Assembly (NCBI RefSeq): GCF_009914755.1
Contig: NC_060926.1
Source: the human T2T-CHM13v2.0 reference genome, Homo sapiens
DNA: 64,000 nucleotides
Strand: one strand, 5' to 3'
Part shown: in pieces, positions 41,019-57,839 of the stretch
Layout of the letters: the number at the start of each line of letters is the position of its first letter
Numbering within the stretch: the first letter of the stretch is position 1
The notes under the pieces: generated by a model
Told to the model about the DNA's origin: nothing
Database searches by the model: none
Seen by the model: only the letters and a program-made list of their open reading frames with translations
Position numbers and translations under genes: made by a program

Positions 41019-41822
41019 CTTACCTGACTCTTTGATTACATTTTTATTTGTCCCTTTGAGTAGAAGGGTAGAATGGAAAGAATGGAATTATGGGTCAGAG
41101 ACTGCATCGCCTTCAGGGCTTTGGTGACCTGTTTCGTCATTTACTTGCAGCATCTGCCCTCCTGTGATGAGAGGGCCCTCCATATGACAGCCAGCTTCTC
41201 TTCCAGAAGGTGGTGCCCGTTTACTTTCCCCGCACTGATATCAGAGAGCACCTGTCTCCTGCATGCTTGCTAGCACTGGAGTCTTAAGAGGCATATCTTT
41301 TGCTAATTAAAAGGGGCATTTTCTCCAGAAAGTATTTTTTAAAAATAATCTTAAAAAATCACACATGTAAATCATCTTCACAGAAAAAATTTAGAAAATA
41401 CAGGGAAGCAAAATCTAGAAGAGGTTAAAAATCATCTGTCATTTTTCCACCCAGAGATAACAATTGTTGACATTTTAGTTTGTGTCCTTCCAGGTTTTTT
41501 CTGTCTGTCTGTGTGTGTGTGTATCCATCTATCTATCTATCATCTACATATCTATTTTTTACAACAATAGAGTCATCTTCTCTATCCTCTTTGGCAACTC
41601 ACCAAATAAATGTGATTTAGGTAATGAATATGCTTTGGGGATACTCAGGGCTATCAAATTAGCCATCATATTAAACGTGATAATAAGCCATGACATGAAA
41701 AAGCTTGTAATCCAGTGGGAAGACTCAAGCCTGAATCCACAGTGGAAACAGTTTTCTGTGCTTTTCTGCTTCCCCTTGCACCTGCTAATAGCCCCTCTGT
41801 GTGATCAACCTGTCTCCCCTAG

Positions 41823-42770
41823 TTTTAGATGACCACACACCGCAGTGTAACTGCACGCCCCCAACTCTCTGCACCACCATCTCCCACGGGATCTACTATA
41901 ACTACTACCTCTACCCCTTCAACATAGAGTATCAGATCCTGGCCTCCACAGTGCTCTACGTCCTATGGAAGAACATCGGGCGCAAAGTTGACAGCCATCA
42001 GCACCAGAAGATGCAGTTCAAGCCTGATGGGGTCACGGTGGGCACAGTCCTGGGCCTGACCGCGCTGGCTGCCACCATTGCCGTGGTGGTGGGTGGTGTA
42101 CCTGATTCATATTGGGTGCTCCAAGACCAAGAGCGAGTCAGCACTCATCACGTTCTACCTGTATGTCATCACCCTGATGATGCTTATGGGGGCTGCGGGG
42201 CTGGCTGGAATCCGGATTTACAGGACAGATGAGAAGTCACTGGATGAGTCCAAAAATCCGCCCCGCAAACTGGACTCGGACCTCTTGGTGGGCACTGCCT
42301 CAGGCTCCTGGCTTATCTCCTGGGGCTCAATCTTGGCCATCCTTTGTGCCGAGGACCACCCCCACTACACCTGGTACAACCTGCCCTACTCCATCGTGGT
42401 GATCATGGAGAAGTACATCCAGAACCTCTTCATCTTTGAATCCATTCACCGAGAGCCTAAAAAACTCTCTGAGGACATCCAAACCCTTCGGATGGTCACA
42501 GTCTGCAATGGCAACACCATGCCCCTTGCTTCCTCCTGCCTCAAGAGTGGAGTTGTGGCCGGAGACGTGGCTCCCTGGGGCAGGGACATGCCACCAGCAG
42601 CCAATGGAAATGTGTGCCTGAGAGAAAGTTGTGACAAGGAGGAGAAGCAGGAGGAGAGCAGCTGGGGAGGGAACCCAAGCCCAGTCCACCTTCCTCGTTT
42701 CTTACAGGGCAACGCCAAGAGAAAAGTCCTGAGGAATATTGCAGCCTTCTTGTTCCTCTGCAATACTTTG
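41823..42770 (+). pseudogene. OTOP1: OTOP1-like exon 5 (948 nt) with 9-nt in-frame insertion, +4 frameshift and one-codon deletion
   Basis: cctag|TTTTAGATGAC...ACTTTG|gtaatc. ORF 41801-42232 gives LDDHTPQCNC...AATIAVVV; ORF 42078-42803 continues VVYLIHIG...RNIAAFLFLCN in another frame. Confidence 0.95.
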
Positions 42771-42794
42771 GTAATCTGCACCAAGTTATTCTTA

Positions 42795-43850
<1,056 letters not shown>

Positions 43851-45750
43851 GCCTTTTTAAAATAAGGAATGGAGGCAGCTTGTAATAAAAATACTGTAAG
43901 TATAAAATTACAATATAAGGCTGGAAAATAGACCTATATTCTACAAATCTACCTACTGAAGACTTGCTGTGTGCTAGGGGCTGGGCTAGGTACTAAAGAT
44001 TAAAGTGGAAAGACTCAGTCTCTTTCCTCTAAAAGGTCTCAGTATAATGGGGGAGGGAGACAATGAGCAAATCTAATATAGTGAACAGGACAAGTGCTGA
44101 GATGGGCTTGTGCAAGGTGTACTAGGAGCAGGGATCCAGAAGGACTTCAGTGAGTAGTGAGTGCTTGAGGTGAGGCCCAGTGTCAATCAGGAGTGCTTTT
44201 AGTTGCAAGTGACAGGCAATTTGATTCACAGTGTCTTCAGTCTTATCAATGTTTAATTATCTCCTGAGAATTCCAGAGGTTGGCTGCTTGGGGTTGGCCT
44301 GGCAGCTGAACCGTGTCATCAGGCATCCAGGCACTGTTCATCTTGTCACTTGGGTCGTGTGGTGTTTGTTGCGACATGGTCATGAGATGGCTGCAGCTGC
44401 ACCAGGCATCACATCTGGGTTCAAGACAGAAAGCAGTGGGGAAGGGCTGGTGCCAGACAATGTCTCTCATGTGGGCACCCCTCACTGCAAGGGAGGCTGG
44501 GGAAGTGGACGGTTTGCTTCCCAGCCTCTCTGATGGAAGGTAGCAAGGGAGAGGAAGGTGTACAGTCACTCACCCATCTGTCTGCATCAGCAAGGAATGA
44601 CTGGAAGTTCACCAGGTTATCAAGGCGGGGAAAAGCATTTCAGGCAGAGACACACAATATGTGAAGACACAGAGGCAAAAGACACCATGGCATGTTTTGA
44701 GAGCACCAAGTAGTTTGGCATAAATTCCATGTGTGTTAAGCAGAGTAGCAGAATGGGAAATAGGAGAGAGGGCCCAGGTAGGTGGACTCTGGCTTGAGCA
44801 GGGCTTCCTAGGCCTGGCTGGAGTCTAGTCTTTATGCTGAGGGCAAGGGAAGACTCTCTCAGATTTGTGTTTTGGAATGATCCTCCCAGTAGCTGTGTGT
44901 AGCAAGGATGGAGACAGATAGGGCCAGAAGCAGAAAGACTGGGAGAGAAAGCCCTGCAACAGCCCAGGCAGGAAGGGGAGGAGCTTGAACTAGGGCAGTG
45001 ATGGAGGGATGGAGAGAAGAAAAAGGAATAAGAAGCATTGTGTGCTGTTGGGATTTTTTTAAAGACACATAAAGGAAGGATGGTGGGGGTCAGTAAGAAG
45101 GAGGGGGAAGCAGCCTTTGCCACCGCATGAGTCTCTGCAGTGATGGTGACTGGTGGCTGGAGGGGAGTGCCCCAGTCCACAGAGGTGCCTGCCCATCACT
45201 CTGGGTGAAGTCAGCTCTGTGCTACTAGCCTCTGTTATCAAGCCTGCTCCCTGTTGCCCCAGCAGCTCAGAGGCTTTTGAGCTTCCTCCCCTGAATTTCA
45301 GATGGTGCATATGGGGCCTGCAGCTTTTGATATCACCCTAAGAACACAAAGTTGGGAAAGTAAGTCCCTTCTAAAGTCAGAATGGCTGTGTGTCTGCCAA
45401 GCAAACCTGATCCACCCTAGCCTTGGATCACCCAGGTTCCTTCAGTTTGCTAGGCAGTGAGGAGGGGCTCTGAAGGTGGAAGGCCCAGAAGAGTTTGGCT
45501 GCAGGGAGACCCTCTTCTCCATCTAACAGACATTTGCCAGGCACCTGCTGTATGCCAGGGACTATGTCAGGGGCACAGCAGTGAGTCAAAAATTGAAAGA
45601 GTTAACAAGAGAGATAGATACTGTAAGCTGCATTTTTTTGAGGTGCATATTCCAAAATGCAAATTCTTATAAAGTCAGAGCTAGTTCTAGAATCTTCCTC
45701 AAGTATATGCTTTTTGTACATATCCTGTGATTAATATTAATATACATATA

Positions 45751-46035
<285 letters not shown>

Positions 46036-46879
46036 CCTAATATTTCTTTTTAAAACTAAGTTCTGAAAAGTTGTCTTTCCCTGGTTGCCTTTTTGGTTGA
46101 CCACTGGGTGAAATACTTGGCTTGCATTTTTGGACCCACTTGAAGAAAGATAGCACTGTCTGAAATACCAGAATCAAGTGGCAATTCATGGTCTGTCAGG
46201 ACCCGAAAGCCAGACCCAGGGCCCAGTCCAAGGAGAAGGGTGGGCTCCGTCTCTTCCTCCCTGTGCTTGGCCCATGATGCCCCCAGGCACTGGTTGGGTT
46301 CTGGGGGGTTGAACCAGAGGATGGAAATCATCGCAGGGTGGAGTCTTAGGATACCCGTGCTGGCTCATGGGGTGGCACTTTGAAACCTTGTGGTTGACCC
46401 CAGGTGGTGCCAAAGGCATCTGGCAGAGAGCAAGAGCTGTCTTCTCCAGCATCGGGAGCCAGTCCAGAGGCCCCAGCTGCAGGTGCTGATGTGCATGTCC
46501 AGGTGGAGTGGGCTCCACTCCAGAGACGGACATGGAAATGTTAGTTGAATTTCCAGGAGCCGTGGCACTGGAGACAACAGAGGGTGGTTGTGGTGACGGG
46601 GAAGGGCAGGGTGCTGTGGGAGATGGGTCAGGGAAGGCCTCTTCTAAGGAAGGGTGTGGATGGGGCTGGGATGAGAGACTATCAGGGCAGAGCTGCAGGT
46701 GTGGGGAAGGGACGGATGCAAGGCAAGGCAGGGCTCACTGGACATGACCTGGGAGCACAGAGCAGAGGGCAGAGGGGAGACCACACAGGGCCTGCGAGCC
46801 AAGACTCAATCTTAAATGCAACAGAAAACCATGGAAAGGTCTACACTGAGAGTGACGGGATCTGACTCATGCTTATTTT

Positions 46880-47200
46880 GTTATATTTTTAATTGTGGTA
46901 AAAAACTCATCACATAAACTTTTCCATTGCACCCACTTTCAAATGTATAGTGGAGTAAAGTACGTTCACATTGTGCAAACATCACACCATCCATTTCCAG
47001 GTTATTCTCATCTGGCAAAACTGAAACTCTGCCCCCATTAAATATGAACTCCCCATTCTCCCCAGCCCCTGACAACCACCGTTCTTTCAGTCTCTAGGAA
47101 TTTGACTCCTAGACTCCTCATATAAGTGAATTTGTGGAGTATTAGTCCTTTTGTGATTAGGTTATTTCACTCATCATAACACCCTCCAGGGTCTCCAGGT
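46880..47200 (-). mobile_element. L1MB 3' fragment
   Basis: aactgaaactctgcccccattaaa; ctcctcatataagtgaa motifs. Confidence 0.7.
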
Positions 47201-49194
47201 TGCAACTCGCAAAGGGTGACAGATGCCAAACATGACCCCTGCCTTCACACTTGAGTTCCTGGGGAGATGGTGATACTATGTTGGAGATGGAGGACTCTGG
47301 AGGAGGGGCAACCTTGGGAGCAGTGGGTGGAGGTCAGTGTGGAAGGAAGAACCAGAGTTAAGTAATGAACGTGTTCTGTTTCAGGTGCCTCTGTGGCATC
47401 CAAATGGACGAACCCAGTAGACAGGTATTTTGGTTTTCTATTGCCGTGCGATGAACTACCACTAATGTATGACAAAAGCAACATGCATGACTGTTTTTGT
47501 CCCATGGCATTTATTGTGACTCATGGCTTTGTGGGTTAGAAATTCTGGCAGGGCTTGGATGGGCAGTTCTGTTCCTCACAGCATCAAGTGAAGTTGGTGA
47601 AGCCTTGGCCAGAAGCTTCGTGGTCTGATGCCTTGGGTGGGGGTGGCTGGGAGGCTGGGCTCAGCCAGGACTCTTGACTGGGGCATCCACAGGTGGGTCT
47701 CCAGCATGACGTCTCAGGGTGGTTGGACTCCATGCGTGATGGCTGAGGGCCCCAGAGCTGACCCTCCAAAAGACTGAACTGGAAGCTGCCTGTCTCCTAA
47801 GGCCTGGGCTTGGAAACTGCATGGTGTCATTTCTGCCATATTTTATTAGTCATGTAGTCACAGAGTCCATCTAGATTCAAAGAAAGAGGTCATAGGCCAC
47901 TTCTCAATAGGATAAGTAACAAGAATTTCCAGCCAACTAAACAGCACATATAAAGATGTGGATTTCAGAAAAGAGGTCCCATTTTCCTGCCTTCCTTTCT
48001 TCTCCCTTTTCCTCCCTGTCTCCCTTGCCCTTCCTCTCACCCTTCTTTTAAAAGGTGTCCCTTAAGTACCTACAGAGGTACAGGGACTGCTATGAATGGT
48101 GAGGGTACAGCAATGACCAAGATCTCTGGTCTTCCTCTTATGGGGCTTACAAACCAGGCAACAGCAGGTGAAACCATCAACTGAGCAAGAAAGACACCTT
48201 ATAGTGTACCCGTGTTAAGCAGAGAAGTGGAAAAGGAGGGTGTGGGAAATAGCTCTTGGGCTGCCATTGTAGATCAGATGGACCAGATTAGCGGGAAGGC
48301 CTCGCTGAAGGGTGACATGAGACAGGAAGGGGTTGACCACGCATGTTCAGGGCAGAGGGAACAATGGCTGGTATAAACCCCCAGTGGGAGTGAGCGGGTC
48401 TGGTTTGAGAAACAGGAAGAAGGGTTGCCTGCAATGTGGGTGGGGTGAGTGGGGAGAAGCGTGGGTGGTTAGAAATCAGCTAACAGAGCACTTTATCACT
48501 CAGTGCGGGAGTGTAGAATTTATTTTAAATATTTTGGGAAGACTTTAGGGGTTTAATCAAGGTAGGGACAGGATCTGATTTCCATATAATGTAAATCTGG
48601 TGGCCGAGTGGAACCCTAGTTCGAGCTGGGAGACCAGGCACGGGGCCACCGCCATGGTCCAGGTGAGAGAGGCCGGCTGGACAGGTGGAGAGAGAGAGCC
48701 ACAGGTGGGCTGAAGATACTGCTTTGGAGGTGCACAGTGGAGATGCGCTGAGGGACTGGATGGGAGGGGGCATGGTTATGAGAGTAGGAGGGAGATAAGG
48801 TTGACACCTGGAGCCTCGATGGACCACCTGGGAGGACGATGTAGCTGAGCAGATGGAGAAATGGGGAAGGTGGGTTGAGTTTGAGATGTGTTTTAGACAC
48901 CCAAGTTGCCACCGGAAACTATGAGTCTGGGGTTCTTGGAAGTGGTCCAGGCTGGAGATTGAGACTGGGAAGTCATAGGCCTATAGCTGGTATTTACAAC
49001 CAGGGACTGGGAGAGAGCCCCAGGGTTCATGTGTAGAGAGAATAGAAAGGGACCCAGGAATGAGCCCTGGATGCTGGCTAACATTAAGAGGCAGAGCAAA
49101 GGATGAAACAGCAAAGGAGACTGGGAGGGACCCGCCGAACAAGTAGGAGAGCTCCTAAGAGTCACAGCAGCCAGTAAGCAAAGCAGAAGAGAGG

Positions 49195-49826
<632 letters not shown>

Positions 49827-49869
49827 TATACCAGGGAGTGTTCTGTATGGAGATACAAATGAAGGCTAT

Positions 49870-50390
49870 GTGTCTCAGTTACGTATTGCTATGGAAGAGA
49901 CCACCCCAATACTCAGCAACTTAAAACAATGTACATTTATGATTTCATAGTTTCTCTGACTTATGAATCCAACTACAGTTTTAGCTGAGTATCTCTGCAC
50001 AGGGCCATTCCCAGGCTGAAACTGTTGGCTGGGGCTGCATTCATTTCAAGGCTTGACTTTCCGAGAGGTGGCAGAGGATTTGTTTCCAAATCTACTCATG
50101 TGACTGTTGGCAGGATTCAGCTGTGGCTTGTTGGGCTGAGGGTCTGAGTTCCTTGCTGGCTGTTGACAGGAGTACTCCCTGGGCCCCTTGCCGCGTAGGG
50201 TGCTTCGCAGCATGGCAGCTCTGCCACCTGTCTTTCAGGAGAAGATGAGCAAGAGGGATAACAGGTCCTTTTGCAACCTAATTTCAGAAGTGACTTCCTG
50301 TGTCTTTTGCCATATTTTGTGAGTTGGAAGTGAGTCGTTAGGTGCATCCCACACTAAAGGGGTGGGGACTCCACAAGAGGGTGACTGCAG
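49870..50390 (-). mobile_element. MLT1-type LTR (similar degenerate copies at ~44190-44510 and ~47420-47940)
   Basis: ccaatactcagcaacttaaaacaa; tgccatattttgtgagttggaagtgagtc motifs. Confidence 0.6.
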
Positions 50391-50969
50391 GAGCTGGGGA
50401 TCATTGAGGGTCATGCTAGAGGCTGCCTGCCACAGCCAGGGAGTGGAGGAAGCTGAAGAAGGGTGCAGCCTGAAGCAGGAGTGAGGAGCCTGACAACTCA
50501 AGGGGTGGCAGAAAGGGAGAGAACTGGGACAGAGAAGAGCCTGAGAAGCAGGGAACAGTGTGTAGGTTCCGTGAGCAACACAAACAAAAGTCACTGCTTT
50601 CAGTTTTGCAAACTTAATTCTCATCTAAGCCCTCTCAGACACGTGTTAGAATTCCCATCTTTCAAATGAGGAAACTGAGGCTGGGCGAGGGCTGTAGAGA
50701 TGGAGAGAGTTGGATGGGTTCAAAGAGCGCTCATTAGGGATGGATTGCAGGGAAGGGTGGGTGAGGAAGTGAGCAGGATCATGGCAGACATGGATTTGGT
50801 GGTTTCTGTGGAGATGGGAAATGCCACGAGGTCTCCTTATTGTTCTGTCAGGGGTGACTCAGTCCCCGTGCATCAGGGTCAGCTCCCATGAGGCCTGGGA
50901 CTTGAGTGGGGCCTCCATGGTGGCTTGGAAGCTGCTCCCCACCACAGGCCATTTTCTCTTCTCTTGCAG

Positions 50970-51140
50970 CTTTGGATACCTCCCGCTTTTGGCTGTCGAC
51001 CTGAGTATGACAACGGATTGGAGGAGATTGTCTTTGGCTTTGAACCCTGGATAATTGTGGTCAACCTGGCCATGCCTTTTTCTATTTTCTATGGAATGCA
51101 CGCAGCTGCCTCCCTCTTTGAGGTCTATTGTAAGATATAG
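50970..51140 (+). pseudogene. OTOP1: OTOP1-like last coding exon with TAG stop
   Basis: ctcttgcag|CTTTGGATA; encodes LWIPPAFGCRPEYDNGLEEIVFGFEPWIIVVNLAMPFSIFYGMHAAASLFEVYCKI*. Confidence 0.95.
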
Positions 51141-52507
51141 TCTGGTTCCACAAGAGACCGAGGAGTGAGCTAACAAGAGTTCATTGGAGCCAACTGGGAA
51201 TGGCCAGGTTGGACAAATATTGCCTGACAAACATGAGAAGGGCCACCTTTTGTCTGCAAAGATTGTGCTTCCTGTGGGCTGGAACTGCCCATCACCTCTG
51301 ATGAATGTAAACAAGTTAGATCAAAATCCATAAGGTGGCTGGAATCTGTCCTTGGTTAGTTAAATGCTAATCAAGCCCAAATTATTTTATTGCCTTCTAA
51401 ATGATTTAGAAGAATGTGATTCTGGCTTGGGAAAAAATCTATCCAGTTTGTTTTTCATAAAAAGCATTTTCTTTGTGTCATTTATCATGTGACTCCATAC
51501 AACCTTTTCCTGACCACCTGCATAGTAATTTACACTTTAAAAATTTATCCTTCTCAAAGCCTATGAATTTAGACACAATCACTATTGTTTCTGAATAGGT
51601 TTAATTTCTTGAAGTTATTTTTATCAGCTGGATAGAAATTTGTATACAGACCAATATAAAAACACATTTCTTACCTGAAATGTTGGCACATTTTTGTGAT
51701 CATTTTCAAGTATTTTTAAAAAGAAATTTCACTGTTCTCTCTTTCACTGTAAATACATACATGTTTATTGTAAAAAATTTGGATATTTCAGAAAAGTAGA
51801 GAGAAAAAGTCACCTACGATGCCATTGTTCAATTAACAATTACTTTTAATATCTTGGTGTATTTCTTCCGACCATGTTGATGAGATTCTTTTTATTGTCA
51901 TTATTATACCTTTGAATGGTGATGTAACATATTTGATTTTGTATTCAGTTATTTTCCTACTTAACAATATGGCATAAACCTTGCCCCCATATTGTTATAA
52001 GTTCTTTATAAATATCATTTTAATGCTGTATGATAGTCTATCAAGTGAATGTACCTTAATTAACACAGTTTCCTATGGTTGGTTTTACAGTGTTTATAAC
52101 TTTTTGCTTTTATAGGTAACTCTGCAAAAATCAACCATATTTGTGAAGCATTTCCTATATTTAGAATTGCTTCTTTAAGATATGGAATTACAATTAGGAT
52201 GCCTAGTCCAAAGATTAAGTTTATAAATATTTCAAAGGTGCCTAAGGAATATTGACATTTGGGAGGCCTTTGTATAGTTTTTCCACAGCTATTTTAAAAT
52301 AATAATAAAATTAATTTTCTTACTGTAAGTATTAATGTATCTTTTCATTTGAGTGTATTTTTTTCAGACAGTGCAGGCAATGGGACAGTAATAAATACAA
52401 AGTTTTTTTTAACATGACTAAAGTACACTTATTTTAGAAAAAACTAAAAAATAGGCATATATACTAAAAAACAAAGGAAAGCATCATCTATACATGTCCC
52501 ATCTAGA

Positions 52508-52935
52508 GAATCGGTTCTCCAACTGGGGACCTTGTTCCTTGAGGGGACATTTAGCAATATCTGAAGACATTTTTAAATATTTATTTTTTATTAAAATTAA
52601 AATAAATCTAAATTATACATAACATTTATACATACTTACAGGGTACATGTGATATTTTGATATAAACATATAATAAATAATAATCAAATCAGGGTGACAG
52701 ATATTCATACCCTCAGGTATGTATCTTTTTTGTGTGTTAGGAACATTCTAATTTCACTATGTTAGTTACTCTAAAATATACAATAAATTGTTGTTAACTA
52801 TAGTTGTACTTTTATGCTACCAAACACATTTTTGATTGTTACACTACTGCACCCAGGGATACTGCTAACACCCTACAACACACAGGACAGCCCCACCACA
52901 AAGTCTTCGGGCTGATTGTCAATGGTGCTGAGGTA
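52508..52935. mobile_element. MER20 interrupted by an antisense L1MA 3' fragment
   Basis: ggggacatttagcaatatctgaagacattttt|L1|acatttttgattgt ... caggacagcccc; acattttt repeated at both junctions. Confidence 0.7.
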
Positions 52936-52993
52936 ATCTAGAGGTAACTGCTGTTAAGTATTGTTATCTAGGTAGCTATTAGTACACACACAC

Positions 52994-53738
<745 letters not shown>

Positions 53739-55724
53739 TGATACACCAGAGTGCTTCTTCCCTATTTTGGGTCCCAGGCATCGATGCTCTGGCTTTAGTG
53801 TGCCTGAGACTCATCTGGGGAACTTGTTAGGATTCCTGCCCTCCAAGCTGGAAGTGCAGATTCAGTCTGGAGGGGGGCCCGGAAGTCTGCACTTTCATGA
53901 GCATCTCAGGGGATGCCAACTCCCTTTGATAAGCATCTCGTTGGACGTCCATGGACCCCAAGCTAGGACTCCTAAGTTTCCTTGACATTGTATATCCATA
54001 TGCAGTATGATTTTGGGTGGATTTAAGGTACATTCCATGGAAGGATGTACCATTCCTTATTTTTTCAAACGGTGATGTTGGACATTTAGAGATATTTAGG
54101 TGGTTCCTTTTTTTTGGTGCTACTGTAAACAATGCTATGGTGATCATCTTTGTAACTGAGTCTTTGAGGTCAGTAACAAACTATCCTCTGGAGTGATTTA
54201 TGCTGACTAAGCAGTGACTGAGCAAGAATACAGGTTTCCCCATTTTGGTTGGCATTACCTTTACCCCTGTTCTAAGCACATTAGAAAAGCCCTGAGGCCT
54301 CAGCTGTGGGTTTTGGGCTCTTCCAAGGAGACAAAGGAGCTATCATAATGCTGGGAATGATGGATCCAGGCTGTGGGGATGCTATTGTGGACACAGGGCA
54401 GCATCAGAGCTTGGAAAAGCCTGCATGGCTGGCCAGGCTCAGCGTTTCCAAGAAAGGATCTAAAGATGGATGAAGCATCTCCTATCCTCAACAGGCAGCC
54501 TCAGGGATGGCTATTTCAGCTAGGTGCTTTTTACCTCCAAGTAATTAAGCATCCTGACTCAACCAGCGTAGGTGGCAAGGAAAATTTACTATCTTAATGC
54601 CAAGGCAATTTGCCAAAGAGGAACCAGAATGTGCAATACACAAGTGTTAAGGTCTCAGGGATTAATACAGGGAATACAAATTGAAATAATAATGAGTTAC
54701 CACTTCCCATTCATTAGATTGGCAAGAGTTGGCAAGAAGTGAAAGAAAGACTCATATATACTGCTAGTGGGAGCGTAAATGAATAAAATCAGATAGGACA
54801 GCAATTGGCAATATTGACTAAGGCTGGAGGTACACATTCCTTACGACCTAAGAATTCTGTTCCTTGGCATGTGCTCCAGAGACAGCCTCACACCTATGTT
54901 CAGGAATGTTCACTCAGCATAACTTGTAATTAGGAAAATGGAAAACAGCCTAAATGCCTGTCAATTAGGAGTGCAGATAGACACACTAGGGACAATTTCC
55001 ATGATGGACTATTTCACAAGAGGAAAAAATGAACACAACAGAATTCATGTATCAACATGGATAGTCCCCCAAAACAATGTTGAATGAAACATTAAGTAGT
55101 GTAGGGGTATAATTGGTATGATACCATTTATATGATGTCTAGGAACAAGCAAAACAATCCCTGATATTGCTGGGGGATATGTCCATATGTAGTAAGATTA
55201 CAAACACACCTGAAGAAAGAATGCATGCCAAGTTCAGTGTAGTGAGAAGGGGAGGGGCTTGGAACCAGCAACTGAGTTCATGCTGTGTCCGAAATATTTT
55301 TTCTTAAGCAAAGATGTATTCATTATGTTTTCATCTGCACTCTTAAAATGTACTCTTTAAATGTACTTTTAATGTATTTTAAAGAAATTTTAAATGAGAT
55401 ATTTAATAATACAAGTATTTGAGAGCAATAAAAAAAGAAAGTCCATACAAGGAAGATGAACTTAGACAGAGCTACCAGAGCAGGTAAATTTCCAGCATTC
55501 TTCCATCATTGTTGAGAGATGGGTGTCAAAGCCAGTGGTGTTCTGTTCTCCTTGGCAGGTAGATCCCCAAGGTGGGGTAGCTCAATGCAATTAGCTGGTA
55601 AGATCACCGGACTCACTCTTCCAGGGATGACTCCGTGCACATTAGGAAACCTGACATTGGTTTGCCTTCCAATGTCTCTCTTTGCTGTGGGGGCAATGCC
55701 CTGGGCACACATATTATCAGGACA

Positions 55725-56090
55725 ATCTGCAATGGACTGGATGTTTGTTTCCCCCTTAAATTCATATGTTGAAGCTTAATGGCAATGTGGTGGTATTTGG
55801 AGGTGGGGTCTTTGGGAGGTAATGAGGTCATGACGGTAGGACCCTTGTGAATGGGATTAGCGCCTGTAAGAGGGGGCCAGAGAGCTTGTGCACTTCTTTT
55901 CTGTCATGTGAGGATGCAATGAGAAGACAGCTGTCTGTGACCTGGAAGAGGGCCCTCACCAGAACCCGACCATGCCAGCACTGGCACCCTGATCTTGGGC
56001 TTCCAGCCTCCAGACCTGTGAGAAATAAATGCCTGTTGTTGATTAGCCACCCAGCTTGTGCTATTTTGTTACAGCAGCTTGCACTGAGTA
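55725..56090 (+). mobile_element. MLT1A-type LTR
   Basis: aattcatatgttgaagc; tggtatttggaggtggggtctttgggagg; ttccagcctccagacctgtgagaaataaatg. Confidence 0.8.
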
Positions 56091-56894
56091 AGTTACTCCC
56101 TTACCTGCTGTAACCGTATACAGGAGGGGCCTGTGCATTTGGTAGCTTGGGTTCATCCCTGAGCCTGTGAAACTTAGATTTGAACTCATGTATTTTGGGT
56201 GCCATGATTCTTGTCGAGGCAGAGTGGAAGGGCAAGGGCATGGAGCTAGATATCCAGGGTGACAACAGGCTCCCATGGTGCCTGAGTGTGCATTAAAAAA
56301 AGCACCCCTTCCACAAGACATTCTCCAAACTGTCGAACCAAACCCACCAGCATCTTCCTACCTGCCCATGTGCCAGGGTGGGGGGAAAATTAGACATGTT
56401 TGTCTCCCCACTACAAATGTCGGCCAAAAGATCCAACTGGAAAATGCTTGCTACTACCTTCCAGTTTCACGACCCTCTCAGCTAAGGAAGCCCTTCCTGC
56501 ATCCATGTCTCTCTATGCCTGTCTGTGAAGTCCCAGCTCACAGCTGACCTGGTTAGGTAAGCACTGTTATTTTGTTTCAACGGAGGGAACCTTTGGATTA
56601 CATGTACATAGCTAGTCAGTGGCAGCATTTGGTTCATCACGCTGGTTTTAAAAACTCCATTGCCTTTTCTCTTCATTAGTCCTATCATCTTATGAAGAAA
56701 GTCAACTCAGTACAAATATCCGTCAAACAATGGCTTAGGGATATGCGTACAGAACAATCAAATCAGCTGACAGAATATCTGGCTTTTCACCCAGTTATAA
56801 AATGTTGTGCTTTGCTTAACATGGTGAAGAACAAAAGCTGCTAACAGCTGATTTCTTTCTCCCAAAATGTGAGCCCTGCTATGGGAGAGCGCAA

Positions 56895-56908
56895 CCAGCA
56901 GGGGGCGC
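56895..56908 (+). promoter_or_regulatory. Consensus CTCF motif
   Basis: CCAGCAGGGGGCGC matches the CCASYAGRKGGCRS core; binding not shown. Confidence 0.55.
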
Positions 56909-57427
56909 TGGCGTCTTTCCCTGAACTTCAGGGCACGCTTGAGAGATGGTACCTGGTGGGTGGGCAGTGGCCTCAAGTTACCAAACGAAGGGGTGGGCGC
57001 AAGGTGTGCTGATTGGACTCCATTGGCTGCGCTGGGTTCCCGTAGCGTATGTGAGAGATACCTGTCACCACTTCCCGGCTAAGACCCAGCCAGTTTCAGC
57101 AAGGACGTTCCCTCCACTGGACCCACCAGGACCCACTCCCTGCAGGGCACCATGGTCCCTCTCAAGAGGCTTTGGAGGAACTTGGGAGTTACAGGGTGTT
57201 CCCCTGATGGGAGAGTCCCTGGCATGCCACGTGTGAATGGGACTGAGTTGGGTGGGGGAGGCTGGGAGGGCACTTGTGCTGGGTGTGATGGGGGAATGTA
57301 GTCCATGTTAGTTCCTCCTAAGAGCAGCCACTAAGAGGACTCTGGGGAGGGACAGATGGGTGCAGTGTTTTAACCCACAAATGGAAGGGTAATTCTGGCA
57401 TGATGGTGGTTTTAGCAATGTTAGTAA

Positions 57428-57839
<412 letters not shown>

